Of a stretch of 64,000 bases of DNA, positions 12,770 to 24,574 are shown piece after piece (the stretch's first letter is position 1; each line of letters starts with the position of its first letter). The position numbers were made by a program, and so were the translations under genes. This stretch comes from Narcine bancroftii (taxonomy: Eukaryota). Below the pieces are notes generated by a model. It was not told where the DNA came from. It did no database searches and saw nothing but the letters and a program-made list of their open reading frames with translations. Location of the stretch: assembly GCF_036971445.1 (NCBI RefSeq), contig NC_091477.1:7378001-7442000 (forward strand), written 5' to 3'.

Positions 12770-12782
12770 TCAGTCACATGAG

Positions 12783-13235
12783 GGGGCACGATTAGTGTTA
12801 TGGTTAATGCAATGCTCTGACAGCACCGATGACCCGAGTTCGAATCTGAGGCTGTTTGAGGGGAGTTTGCATGTTCTGCCCATTACCTGCATGGGTTTCC
12901 TCGGGGTGTTCTGGTTTCCTCCCACCCACCAAAAACCTACAGGGTTTTTCGGTTAATCGGTGTACAGTAAAACCCCTGTTATTCGGAATTCAAGCAACCA
13001 GTAGCCTCAAGAAAGAAGCAAAAAAAATTACGGAAAATAAAAAGTTACAGATTTAAATTTCGCACACCTTGCCGCCAGTTCACCAATCCACACAACATGC
13101 AACCTCAAGCAACGGGGAAATTCACTTGTCCAGCAACTACCAATCCCCACAGGTGTTGGATACTAGGGGTTTCACTGCATTTGGGTGGCACGGGCTCATG
13201 CGCTGGTAGGGCCTGTTCCCGTGGTGATCTCTAAC
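12783..13235 (+). mobile_element. V-SINE interrupted by a Tigger-like MITE
   Basis: tRNA-like head with gagttcgaatc B box and V-domain; the SINE resumes at ~13180 (tttgggtggcacgggctcatg). Confidence 0.75.
12965..13177. mobile_element. Tc1/mariner (pogo/Tigger-like) MITE
   Basis: TA-cagtaaaacccct...aggggtttcactg-CA; TA target site with the right copy mutated. Confidence 0.7.
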
Positions 13236-14264
13236 TTTTGAAAAAAGATTCTAACCATTAGTGCCCAGTTACAAAATGTTTTAAAGCAAAACACTGCAAA
13301 ATCTGGACAAGAAAAGCCTACAGAGAACAAATGGTTTGATCGTACGATGATGGAAAGCACCACTTGGAAAATGATCCTCCTCGTTGCTCCCTAATGTACA
13401 ACTTGTTAGATCTCTTCCTGCAACAACATTCCAGCTGTGCTATTATCACCCAATAATTTAAAAAAAACACAATGAGGAAATAAAATTCTGGCACACTGCC
13501 AGCCTGAAACAAATCCTGAGATGTTGATTCAAATTTGAGCTGATTTTCAATGTTTAACAAAAACCAGATCAGATGGTTACAATCTCCCGTAAGGGTTACA
13601 TTTATCTTCTCCAAATCAGATACTAAAGCCTGCTCCATGCATAATATCTTCTTCAAAGTTAATTTGGATTTCTCAGTGAACAGCTGGGAGACAGAATGAG
13701 CTTTCCGCGGCTGAATGGGAAGATATCCCTCCTTCCTTCTCTCCTACCATATTAAGTATTTCCTGCGATGATTATTCTCTCTCCACCATAACTTTTATGA
13801 AGAGCCTTTCACGATGACAAAACTCAAAGTCCACCAAACATCTGTCTGCATTATTGACCCAGCCCAAGTTTTCACCACCAGCCATTTGGCAATATATATT
13901 CATTGATTTATTTAGAGTCTTCCAGTTATACAGCATGGAAACAGGCCTTGCTGCCCAACTGCTCCATGCTGACAAGTGTCTACGTGGGCTAGACTCATTT
14001 GCCTGCATTTGGCCATTATCCCTCAAAACATTGCAATTTTAATTCACTTCACTTCATATCTATTTTTTTTTCTTTGTGGTATTAACGTGTTAATTGTACT
14101 TAAATTAAATCAGCAAATGGTTAAATTAGATCGAAGACACAGCCTGCTATGGTGGTATTGTCAGCAAAATTGTAAACGGAGTTGTTGTCGTACCAAATCA
14201 CACAGTCATAAGTGTAAATCAAGTAGTGTAGGGGGATAAGTGTGCCCCTAACCCTAACCCTAAC

Positions 14265-14490
14265 TCAGCATTTTCTCCTACCCTCCCAGCTATATCCACC
14301 TATGACCTCTTGTGCTCCTCTCCCTGCCCCTTTCTCTCTCCTCCCATCTCCTCCCCTCACCATTTTGTTCGGACACCTGTCTGATTTTTGTTCATACCTT
14401 GACGAAAGGCTCAGAACTCAACCATCCGTCACCCTTTACTTCCTATTGATGCTGCAATGACAGCTGAGTTTCCCCAGCACTTTTATATTG
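14265..14490 (+). mobile_element. Penelope-derived 3' UTR/pLTR fragment
   Basis: Pyrimidine-rich UTR, then ataccttgacgaaaggctcag...gatgctgca..agctgagtttccccagc. Confidence 0.6.
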
Positions 14491-15769
14491 GGGTCAAGAA
14501 GCCCTTGTGATTCAGACACGTGGAGTTTACCTCTGAACCAAAAATGAAGATGGTTAATTTAACAAAAACTGACAAGCTCTAGTAATCCTTCTTCAATAAT
14601 AACTCCAAGGCAAGGAAGCTGAGGTCATCTTCTGGTGGTTTATTGTCACCATACACAGGGACTGAAACAAATCATTGCTCAGTTTCTGACCCAACGGACT
14701 GCAGGTTTCAATATCAACAAACTTTCAAACACAGAGCCACAGAGTCTTGCTCAGGTTTAACTTACAATAACACTGCATCCCTGGTTACCTCAAGTAGGAG
14801 ACTGTAGAGTTCACCTAACCCACTGGCCGAAGCTGTAGCAGCAGATTTGTAGTTTCAATTCCCCCTCATTGTACACCAAAGATTTCTGAATTCATCTCGT
14901 CTGACAAAAAAAAAGAAATTTCCAACCATGCCACTTTATTCAATATTCCAGAGCTAATTTATTTTGCATTGTGGTTTAAAACTAGTAATCATCAGTAGAT
15001 ATGTTTTTGCATTGTTTTCTGATGTACACTTAGATCCTTTCCACGTAATATTTATAAAGTTTTACATTGTTGCAGTACATAACTAGGCCATTCAGCCCAT
15101 TGAGTGTCTGACCTCAGAAACCTGCTGGGTTTTACATTCTTCTCCTTAAATTCCCTTTTCATCTTTCTATCAGGTTGTCAGAATTGTTCTCTCCCAGTTG
15201 CACTTATTTACTGATCTTCACCCTCCTCTGGTTTAAATAAACCAATTGCAGTCTATCCAATATTTGCTAACCTTTGCCAGTCCTGGAAACAGCCTTGTAC
15301 CCTGTCCAATTGAATCGCACAAAATGGTGGACGTAAATTTTGTCCCAGACCATGTGGTATACAGACAACCTTTCTACTTCTTTATTCTATCTCATCTTAC
15401 TGACCCGCCCTACCGCTGACCTGTGTTCATACATTACAAAGTCCCTCTGCTTCTCCACACTGCTCGATATCCTTCCATTCACTAGTTATTCCCTTTGCCT
15501 CATTGTACTGCAGTAAATATATTATCTCAGACATCCAGTGTACATAGAACAATACAAATCTCTGGCCCATGACAAGCATTCTGACCGTGACACCAATTGA
15601 AACTTATCACATCGGCCTGTAAACGCTGTATATCCATCCTGCCTCTTCACGTGCCTGGTAAATGCATCTTAAACATTGCTATCATATATGCATCAACATC
15701 TCCTCTCACAGATTACCAGGCTCTGTCTTAAAAAAAACTTGCCTCATTGAAATTCCTCCCCTAACCAGA

Positions 15770-16490
15770 AAAATGGTGCCACTGCCGGCTGCCGCAGTGT
15801 GGACCTAGGTGAAGTAGGGAGTGGAGACACAGCCCTGCTCCACAGGGTCCTACCGCCTGGTCCTAAGAATAATAGCTCAGTACAGGCTTTCAGTGGCCTG
15901 TTAAAGGAACTGGTTTTTTTTTAAATCATGCAACCAGAGGTCTATGTCCAAGATAGCAGTGCTTGTTCTGGACAGTATGCCAACAACGTCTTGCAGATTC
16001 CACAGGAGACCCAGTACTGAGCACTAGAAACGGGGAGAAAATCCCTCGTTGAGAAGGAAAAAGAGAAGACGACCCTACGTGACAGTGACTGCGGCAGCAG
16101 ACCAGTGAGGGACACAGTAGCTGAAGGACCCACACCGGTTGCGGGCTGTTGTTGACTTGAGAGGTCAAATGGCTCACACAGGCTGTGGGCTGCTGCAGAC
16201 GGACTCATGGGAACCAAGTTTCAGAACCGTGAATCAAGATGGTTTTGAGGGCAAGACGGGCTCCCAAAGGGTCTTGGGCTCTGAAAGCTTTCTGATTGTA
16301 ATCAGATCTTGGAGCTCGGAGTCATTGTTTGTCTCCAAAGGGACATTCCTTTGCATCTTCATACTGGTGGGGGTGCCAGGCTATGCCAGTGGTGCCTCTT
16401 TGTGTCCCTTTACAGCACGGAAAGGTTGAGGAAATTTGTGTAAAATTACATTTTGTGCATTAGTTCTTGACATTAAAGAAATCTTGAAAT
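15770..16490 (+). mobile_element. GC-rich non-autonomous retroelement with Rex1-like tail (unclassified)
   Basis: 5' region (aaaatggtgcc..tggacct..ggagtggagacac) is similar to 23460-23540; ends tgacattaaagaaatcttga. Confidence 0.45.
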
Positions 16491-16549
16491 GAAATCTTAA
16501 TTTGTTCTCTCAGCATAAACTAGGTGAATTTAAATGTACACATTCTGCA

Positions 16550-16770
16550 TGATAGCAGGCCCTTCCAGCCAATGAGCACGTGAACCCCCAAATACACCAA
16601 TTTACCTAGAGCGCCCATACATTTTTGAAGGATGAGAGGAAACCCGAGCATGCAGATGAAATCCACACATCCCAAGGGAGAACGTACAACCTTCTGACAG
16701 ATGGTGCCAGGTTTGAACCCTGCTCACTCGCACTGTTGCACAAACAGCTACTCTAACCGTGCCACCCGGT
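16550..16770 (-). mobile_element. V-SINE
   Basis: Reverse V-domain (ggaaacccgagc...gggagaacgtacaa) and reverse tRNA head ctaaccgtgccacc. Confidence 0.7.
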
Positions 16771-17239
16771 ATTCAAGACTATATAGAGTTGCCTTTCATA
16801 TAAAGCTTTTGGAAGTGCCTCCTGTGGCTTATTATGTAACTCTGCCAAGTCAGGAGGCTGCAAACTCAAGTCCAGTGCAGTGCTGAACGTCTACTGTTCT
16901 ATCAGTCAATGCCCTCTGAATAGCCCAAACTATGGCTGATATTGATCAAGCGTCCGCTCGCTCCAAGTTAAAGTTGGGGTTAGCACTTCTTCTGGAGTGA
17001 ACAAGTAATTTGTCATGGCCAATGTTTATCCCCGAATCATTGCACTGGAAGAGATTGAAAATTACAAGAAATACTGTAAATGCTGCAAACTAAAATATAA
17101 ACAGACAATGTGGGAAACACTCAGAAGGTTAAGTAGTGTCTGTGGAAAGAGAAACAAAGTTGACGGTTCAATTCTGTTACCCATGTCTATCCTTGCACGA
17201 ATACTGCATGGTCTGCTGAGACTTTGTGATGGATGATGC

Positions 17240-18210
17240 TGAACTTATTGTCATTTAAATGTGATGAACAGACACACCAAAATGCCTCGTTGCAGCAGCC
17301 AGATAAGTATGCACAAAATGGCAATAGAATAAATGAACATAATATAGTATGAAATAGAAAATTAAATAGATATAAAAGCATATATAAATAAATACTCAGT
17401 TAGTGCAAAATAAAAGATGTTTTTATCAAGAAGTTTCAAGTCAAGTCTATTGTCATATCTACAAGTATAATCCAATGCAACAGTGTTCTCTGGCAAAACA
17501 CGCAGACACACAACCAGACATAACACACCTACAGACAGACAAACAATACACATGCAGGACAAGTATTTTATCTCTAAAAATAAATAAATAACTTGCTTTG
17601 TACAAATGAGAGTCTGGGATGGTCAGTGTGAGCAGTTCCTTTGGTCGTTCACCATTCTCACTGCCGGCGGGAAGAAGCTCTTCCTCAGCCTGGTGGTGCT
17701 GGCTCTGATACTCCTGTACCTCTTCCCCAGGAGGAACTGAAAGATGTTGCGTGCAGGATGGATGGGTCCGCAATGATCTTGCGCGCCTTCTTCGGACAAC
17801 GATCCTGGTTGATTGGGATAGGGGGAGTGGGAGAGAGACTCCAGTGATCCTTTCTGCCATTCTTTGGATTGACCTCCAATCATTTCTTTGCAGCAACCAT
17901 ACCACATAGACCATAGAGGTCCTATAGAAGGTTGACATAATGGTGGCCGGTAGCCTTGCCCACTTCAGTCTTCATGGTACTTCACCATCTTTTGGTGGTC
18001 CTGGCATAGTTTACGGTTAGGGTAGTTTGGGCAAGTTGAAGAGCCAGAAAAAGAACTGTTCTTAAACCTAGAGGGGGCAAACTTCAGGCTTCTGTACTTT
18101 CTGCCTGACAGTAGCAGCAATAAGAGGCTGTAACCAGGGTGATGGAAGTCCACTACAATGTTGGCTGCATTCTTGAAGCAGCGTCTCACATCGATGTCGT
18201 CAATGGACAT
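17240..18210 (-). mobile_element. Cluster of Rex1/Babar LINE 3' fragments
   Basis: Minus-strand translations STFYRTS..., HPARNIFQFLLGKRYRSIRASTTRLRKSFFP and HPGYSLLLLLLSGRKYRSLK..SRFKNS, plus tails. Confidence 0.8.
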
Positions 18211-19719
18211 GAGCTTGAAGCTTTTTGCAACAATCTTTTTCTTTTAAATTCAGACCTACAGCATGTTAACAGGCCATACATGCCACTCAAATGCTGTAAT
18301 TAACCAACAATCCCCGTACATTTTGAAAGATGGGAGGAAATCGAAGTTCCTGGAGGAAACCCACACAGGGGCGAGGAGAATGTTAAAAACTCCTTAAAGC
18401 CAGTGCATGCTAACCCACTGACTGCTGTTGTTTTACAAGTCATTATCACTCTGCAGTTTTATGTGCACTTTTTGAGGGCAAATTGAGTGCCAGATTGCTC
18501 TATCTTCGACTATTTTGACAAGTATCTAATTTGCTATAAAGCCCTTTGAAGTGATCTAAAGCTAAAAGATGGTGCTATATAAATGTGCCTGTAAGTTGGG
18601 TTGCTATCAACAGAATAAGGCTACTCAGTAAAGGCTGACTCATATCAAAGCAACTCTTGCTGACTACATGTAATCACCATTCCCATGAATGAGATTTCAG
18701 AGCATGTAATCCCCACCCAGAGAAAACTGATCTGAGGCAGAATAAAGTTATAAACCATTCAAGAAGACTGGTTCTATTACTACCCACTTGACCATGGAAC
18801 AACAAAACTCTGATCTGCACAGCAAGCTTCAACAGCTGGGAATGGCTTCAATCCTTCATTGCGTTCAGACAGCCTGCCAGTCCGTGCAATGGGCTGAAAT
18901 TGATGTGATTGGCAATTGCTTTAAGAAAAGCAGGAGTCATGAACAAACAGGAGTTTGGACCAGCATCAAATAAGATGGATTCACTTTTCAACCCTGGCGA
19001 GGATCAGAGAAAAAAAAGAGGAGCTTAATTGAGTAATACTTCCTTAGATGGACAATTCCTCAACCAATTACAGCATTATAGATTGAGAAGTATGGTATTG
19101 TTTGGCTGTCTCCAGTTGTGAAGTTATGGAAAGTAGCTGCCAGTTTTAAATTATAATTCTCTTCAATGAAACTTGGCTCATGAAACGTTGATACCACAGT
19201 TGGTGTAAACTGGCTTCAAAGCATTTAAGGAGTTGTTAACCTGGTCTATTTGCTTTTAGTTTGAACAATTGTGATTGTAGTTCAGACTTTGAGCATTCCT
19301 AATCCTGGTATTTTATTGTCCAATCTGACTTCACTCCAATACAATGCATTCTATGTCCTTCTGAATTTATTTTGAGCAGAGATAAGGCAGCTACACGATG
19401 AAGCAAAACAGAAAGTATTCTTGGACAATTTTTGTGTACACTTAATCTCAGTCAGAAGGTACAATTTTTGTGTCCAAATTCAGGACTCTCAACAAAAAAA
19501 AATATGAGCTCTTTGTGGACCCAAGGATGTTCTCTTCTTGGAAAAATGTTGCAGATCTCTATTACAAAGAGTAACAGGGATATTGTCCCCTCCATTTGCA
19601 TTACAAATTAAATTGAATTGTTGATCATTGTAACTAACATGTACCTCAAACCAGTGAAAAACTTTTATTTTATGTGCTATCCAGGCAAGTCTACACATTC
19701 TTAACAGTAGGGAATGCAA

Positions 19720-20030
19720 TAATGAAATAAACATCCAGGGTGTAGTGTTATACGAAGTGAATGCATGCAAGATGTGGTGTGACAGGAAGTCAAAGCATGC
19801 AGGGAGTAGTGTTACAGGAAGATAATGCATGCAGGGTGTAGTGTTACAGGGAGTCAAAGTGTGCAGGGTGTAGTATGTAGTGTTACAGGAAGTCATACTG
19901 TGCAGGGTGTGTTACAGGAAAATAATGCATGCAGGTATAATGTATAGTGTTAAGGAAGTCAAACCATGCATGCTGTGGTATTACAGGAAATCAAAGTGTG
20001 CAGGATGTAGTGTTACAGGAAGTCAGTGTA
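19720..20030. repeat. Degenerate ~33-bp tandem array (~9 units)
   Basis: Unit is approximately gcatgcagggtgtagtgttacaggaagtcaaa, embedded in a minus-strand LINE 3' tail. Confidence 0.8.
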
Positions 20031-20784
20031 AGGTAAAGTACAGGATATAGAGAGAAGGAGAGGTGAAACAGTTGAGGTCCATTTAAGAGTCTGATAACTG
20101 CAAGAAAGAAAGTGTCCTTGTCTCTGAGCTTTGTATGTCTTCCAAAGCAGATAATCTAATCTGCTCATACGAAAATTGGCTGCTGCATTTCACACATAAC
20201 AACAATGAACTTCAGTACTTTAGAAATACTTCACTGAAAGGGAAAGGTACAACACAAAGGCAAGTATATCTTTGTTTAAGACTTAAGACTACACTTTTAA
20301 AGCCAACCCCAAGCTGTTCAGCTGGCAATTTCCAACCAAAAGTCTCCAGCATCATGAACTCTGCTGCAGTGGAATAAAAGAAAAACTGCAGCCAAATTGT
20401 TTGAAGCGCAGCATGGCAGCTAAATTTAAATTCAGTTCAATAAATCCAGACTAAAAACCAAGAATCAGGAGTCGTGACTTTGAAAAGACTGAGTTGCTGT
20501 TAAAAAAAAACATTTAGTCCTTGAATAAGCTGAAGGGAAGGCAATCTGTTGTTCTTCCCCAGTACTTACCTTCAAACAATGTGGCTAACTCCAAACTCTC
20601 TTCAGATGAGACCAGTGATGCAGTCGCATTGAAAGGCAATTCAGCTCCCGCTTCGCAAGGGCGATTAGGGATGGATAATAAATACTAGCCTTGGTGGAAA
20701 TGTGCAATCCTTTCCGCAGCACCAAAAGACTGGGCTGATTGCTCAGCAGAGTTAAATAGCACACTAATACAGATGGAATAATGA

Positions 20785-21278
20785 CCATATATACACGTCT
20801 TATTGTCAAATTTGGTAGACCATTTTTAAAGATGCATTTATGATGTCGAATCTTATATGGACGCTAATTTTGAGGGGCTGAAATTCATACTAGACCATGT
20901 CATACCATGTCAGTAGCAGACGTCCAAATTATATCTAAAAGAATGAAAATACAATGAATTAAATACAGAGTTTGCACATCAAAACACTCGTCCTTCCACG
21001 GGGGACTGCGGTAAGCATCTGCTCGTCAGAGGCGCTGGGAGTTCCGATGGGCGGGTGGCCGGGGCCGAGGTGAGAGCCCGCATTCAAGTGTTGGGAGATG
21101 GCGGGTGGCCAAGGCCAAGGCGTGAGTTGACATTCAAGGCGTTGGGAATTCCAGCCTGTGGGCGGCTGGGGCCAAGGCAACAGACTAGGGTTGACTTTTA
21201 CACAAGATATTGCTATAATTTTGCGAAAAATAGAGTTCGGCTTTTCCTGGAAATCAACTTTTACATGAGTATATACAG
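20785..21278. mobile_element. pogo/Tc2-like MITE
   Basis: Termini ccatatatacacgt / acatgagtatatacag-ta (consensus CCGTATATACTCGT); GC-rich interior. Confidence 0.55.
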
Positions 21279-21354
21279 TACTGCGAGGATGCAGACAAAC
21301 CACTGTTCAGTATTTGACCACAGAGTTCAGGCACTATCATGTTGTACAGTCCTG

Positions 21355-21720
21355 GAGTTATGGAAACCTACAGCGCACAAACAGGTTCTTCAGCCCAACT
21401 TGTCTATGTCAACCAAGCCATTCCTCTTTGCCTGCATTCACCTATATCTCACCAAACCTTTCCTATCCAAGCACCAGCCAAAATGTTTTTTAAACATTAC
21501 AGTTGTCCATGCCTTCACCACTTCCTCTGGCAGCTCGTTCCACAACCCTTCAGATCCATTTTAAATCTTTTCCATCTCACTTTAAATCTATGCCCTAGTT
21601 TCAGATTCTTCTACCCTGGGGGGGTTAAAAAATTCTATTTATCTTATCTATTTGCCTCATGAATTGATAAGCCCTTATAAGGTTCTCCTTTAGCTTCCTA
21701 CCATCCATGGAGAAAAGACC
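21355..21720 (-). mobile_element. CR1 LINE 3' fragment
   Basis: aaacaggttcttcagcccaac...caccacttcctctggcagctcgttcca, the reverse CR1 3' end. Confidence 0.65.
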
Positions 21721-22070
21721 ATGCCTCAGTTTTGAGGGAGTGCTGAACTGAGGCATTGTCTATCAAGTGATGTGAATTGTTCATAAACACCCTCACAGGA
21801 CATCGTCCTGCTGCTTGTGGAACCTACCGGTGTAATATTACTGCTGCATTTCCATAAAAAACTCAAAGAATCCAGAGTCCAATTGTTCTATTCGCACATC
21901 AACAAAGACATGGTGCATTGGTGGGGGAGGTGTGTGGCAGGTTGGGTTTGGATAGGCAAGGGTTCGAGAAAAAAGGAGCTGGTGCTGGGGCCTGGAGTGT
22001 GGGCTAGAAACACATGTTGAAATTACCACGTTTTAGCTCACTGGGTTCTGTTTTTCATGCCCTTCTTTAA

Positions 22071-22253
22071 CTCTTTGGATTCTGTGTCCTGATTTTCAGG
22101 AACGACCATCAAGCGCATATACTCCGTGTCCCCATTTTCTTGGACTGGTTTTATACCCAACCACAAGCTAGTTCGTACTGGTCTTCGTACTGTAGTTTAC
22201 CCGTGGAGTGCAGTATAATTATGAAAGGTTAAAAATGGCCGGAGTCCAAAGGG
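22071..22253. mobile_element. piggyBac-like MITE (183 bp)
   Basis: TTAA (22067-22070) ctctttggattc ... gagtccaaaggg TTAA (22254-22257): TTAA TSD plus CCCTTTGGACTC-type TIR. Confidence 0.7.
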
Positions 22254-22333
22254 TTAAATTCCCCGGGTTCGCTGGAAACTTTAGTCTAAGTTTAAAAAAA
22301 GCCTTGCTTGTGACCCCACCAACAACCAAAGTA

Positions 22334-22465
22334 CAGGTATACCCTGTTTAACAAATAATCACTTGAAGAAAATTAACTTTTACGAAGAAACCTGTATTCA
22401 ATTTTACAAAAGAATTTGAATGTTTACATAGGAATGCTCTAATTTCGTAAAATGGGGTACACCTG
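22334..22465. mobile_element. Tigger-like MITE
   Basis: ta-caggtataccc ... gggtacacctg termini. Confidence 0.55.
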
Positions 22466-22469
22466 ACCA

Positions 22470-23066
22470 AACACAACTCCATCACCTAAGGGCAGACTTA
22501 CCACGACCTTGCGGAGGCCAGACGGAAGTTCTCAGACACTACCCTCGGACAATGGACCCCAACTACATTCCTGCATCTGCAATCCGCTGTGCTCCAATCC
22601 AGCAAACCTGGTTTTCTGGCACCATCCAGGTGCATCATTGCCTGGGACGGGAATCTGCTCCGCCCAAGACTACAAAAAACTGCAGAGGGTTGTGAAGGTG
22701 GCTCGGTCCACCCCTCTCTGCCATAGACACGATCTACATTTCCCACTGCCTTGGAAAAGCATCCCACCTTGGTCAGACTCCCTTCGCCATCCGCTCCCCC
22801 ACTCACATCACAAAGAAGATTTAGAAGTGTGAGATCTGCGCTGCACCAGTTTCTGGAAATTACCTTCCCTGATGTTATCAGACTCCTGGATGACTCTCAC
22901 AATATCAAAACTGTGTTTGTTGCCTTTCCTCTGTACCTCTCCCTGTAATACCAAACTTCTGTCTTTACCTTACTTGCTGTACTGTATACAAAGTGCCCAG
23001 CTAGACTGCTGCCAAAACAAACTTTATCTGCACCTTGGTAAAGGTGACAATCAACTTGAACTTGAA
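22470..23066 (+). mobile_element. Rex1/Babar LINE 3' fragment
   Basis: gggaatctgctccgcccaagactacaaaaaactgcagagggttgtg (CSAQDYKKLQRVVK) and tgacaatcaacttgaacttga tail. Confidence 0.7.
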
Positions 23067-23454
23067 AAGTCCCAAGCATGTCACCTTATCAGAGTATTAC
23101 TTCACTTCAAAAGAATTACTCCGGCAGTAGATTCCAAGGTCCAAGTCTTGTGTTATATAAAGACAAATCTTCCTTAATGAAATGTAATAATACTTCGTTG
23201 GATGTAAGTTGGTGTGGGGTGGGGAGGTGAAAGGTAATGGCTCACAAAAGCCTCCAAATAAAAGTAAATTGTCTTAAAATTCCTTATGAAGCCAATCACA
23301 TCCTTTTGTGTCCCCGATAAAATATCGCAAAGAAATAATGGGAGCAAAGGGTCAATCTGTTTATAGGTTATTACACTGTGGAGGAATGTCAGTGAGCATT
23401 AGGAAGTGAGCTGTAATAGATCAGGATGTCTTGAAATATAATGGCCCAACTACT

Positions 23455-23962
23455 GGAGCTCCCAAGACGGCAGCACTGCTACTGATGCGGACCTGCGTAG
23501 AGAGGAGAGTGGAGACAATGCCTCGCCCGTGGGGTCCACCGCGAGGCGAGGAACCCACACAGGCTGTGGGCTGCTGGCAACCATTGCCAACAGTCTCTCA
23601 CCAGGCTGAAGACTGTTGGGGATTGGCTGGGGGGGGGTACCAAGGATTGGAATCAAGATGCGAGAGGGTGCCGATGGCTTCTTGATCATGCCCTGAGGTT
23701 TGGATCTGGAGCTCGGGTCACCGATGGTTTGGATTGAAGGCTGCGGAGGCTGCGGGAGCGCTGGAGGTGAATCCACAGACACTCGGTGAATCTTGGGGGG
23801 GGGGGGAGGGGAACCTCTCTTTTGCTTCTCTCTCTCTCTCTCTCTCTCTCTGACTTTAAGGGGCACTGGGCAATTTCTGCTGACAGCAAATCTTTGACTG
23901 TGTTACTGTGAAGGAAATTTTACATAATACACTTCAGGACAATAAAATAATCTTGATTATTG
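23455..23962 (+). mobile_element. GC-rich non-autonomous retroelement with internal (CT)n and Rex1-like tail
   Basis: Same family as 15770-16490; ends gacaataaaataatcttgattattga. Confidence 0.5.
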
Positions 23963-24574
23963 AAAACAGTGCAGTGGACCCCAGCAGTGGCATGGGAGAG
24001 CAGCCTAGTTCAAAGTGCACAGTGCAGGGGGGGGGGGGGGGGGGGGGGTTTGATGACACCGCCTCCTGCTGCAGAGGTGGGGAATAATGCCAGGATTTTG
24101 ACGAAAAGCAATGTTTTGCAGCTCTTACAGCAACTAATTCATCGTTGATGTGGGTGGAATTACAAAGAGCGACTCCTTCCAATTTAGTGTACACCCCCTC
24201 AAATGACTCTCCTAATGTGTCACTGAAAGATCAAAACAAAATTAGACTCCATCAGCCCCATTGCTGCTCCAGTTAATTATTTATTTAGATTTCTGTACCG
24301 AGTCCCACAGAGGTCATTACACCTCATGCATACACTGATCGTGGTTTGTATATTCATCTCTGCAGGGACAAAGCATAGCAGGAAGCAAAATGTCAGAAAT
24401 AATTAAGGAAAAGTACACCAACTGTTCATTTTCATCTCAACCGCCATAACAGCAATAATAAACAGATTTCCAGAAGCAAAGCAGAAGAAGTGGATTATTG
24501 AAGCTATAACTTGGCTGAACCCTCAACCTTCAAGGCCAATTCTGAGTGGATGTTAGTTACTCTTCCAAGATTTA

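Noticed and set aside
24027-24048. Poly-G tract as a functional G-quadruplex
   Set aside because: A simple homopolymer. Several similar G/C runs occur in the window, and their length is prone to sequencing error.
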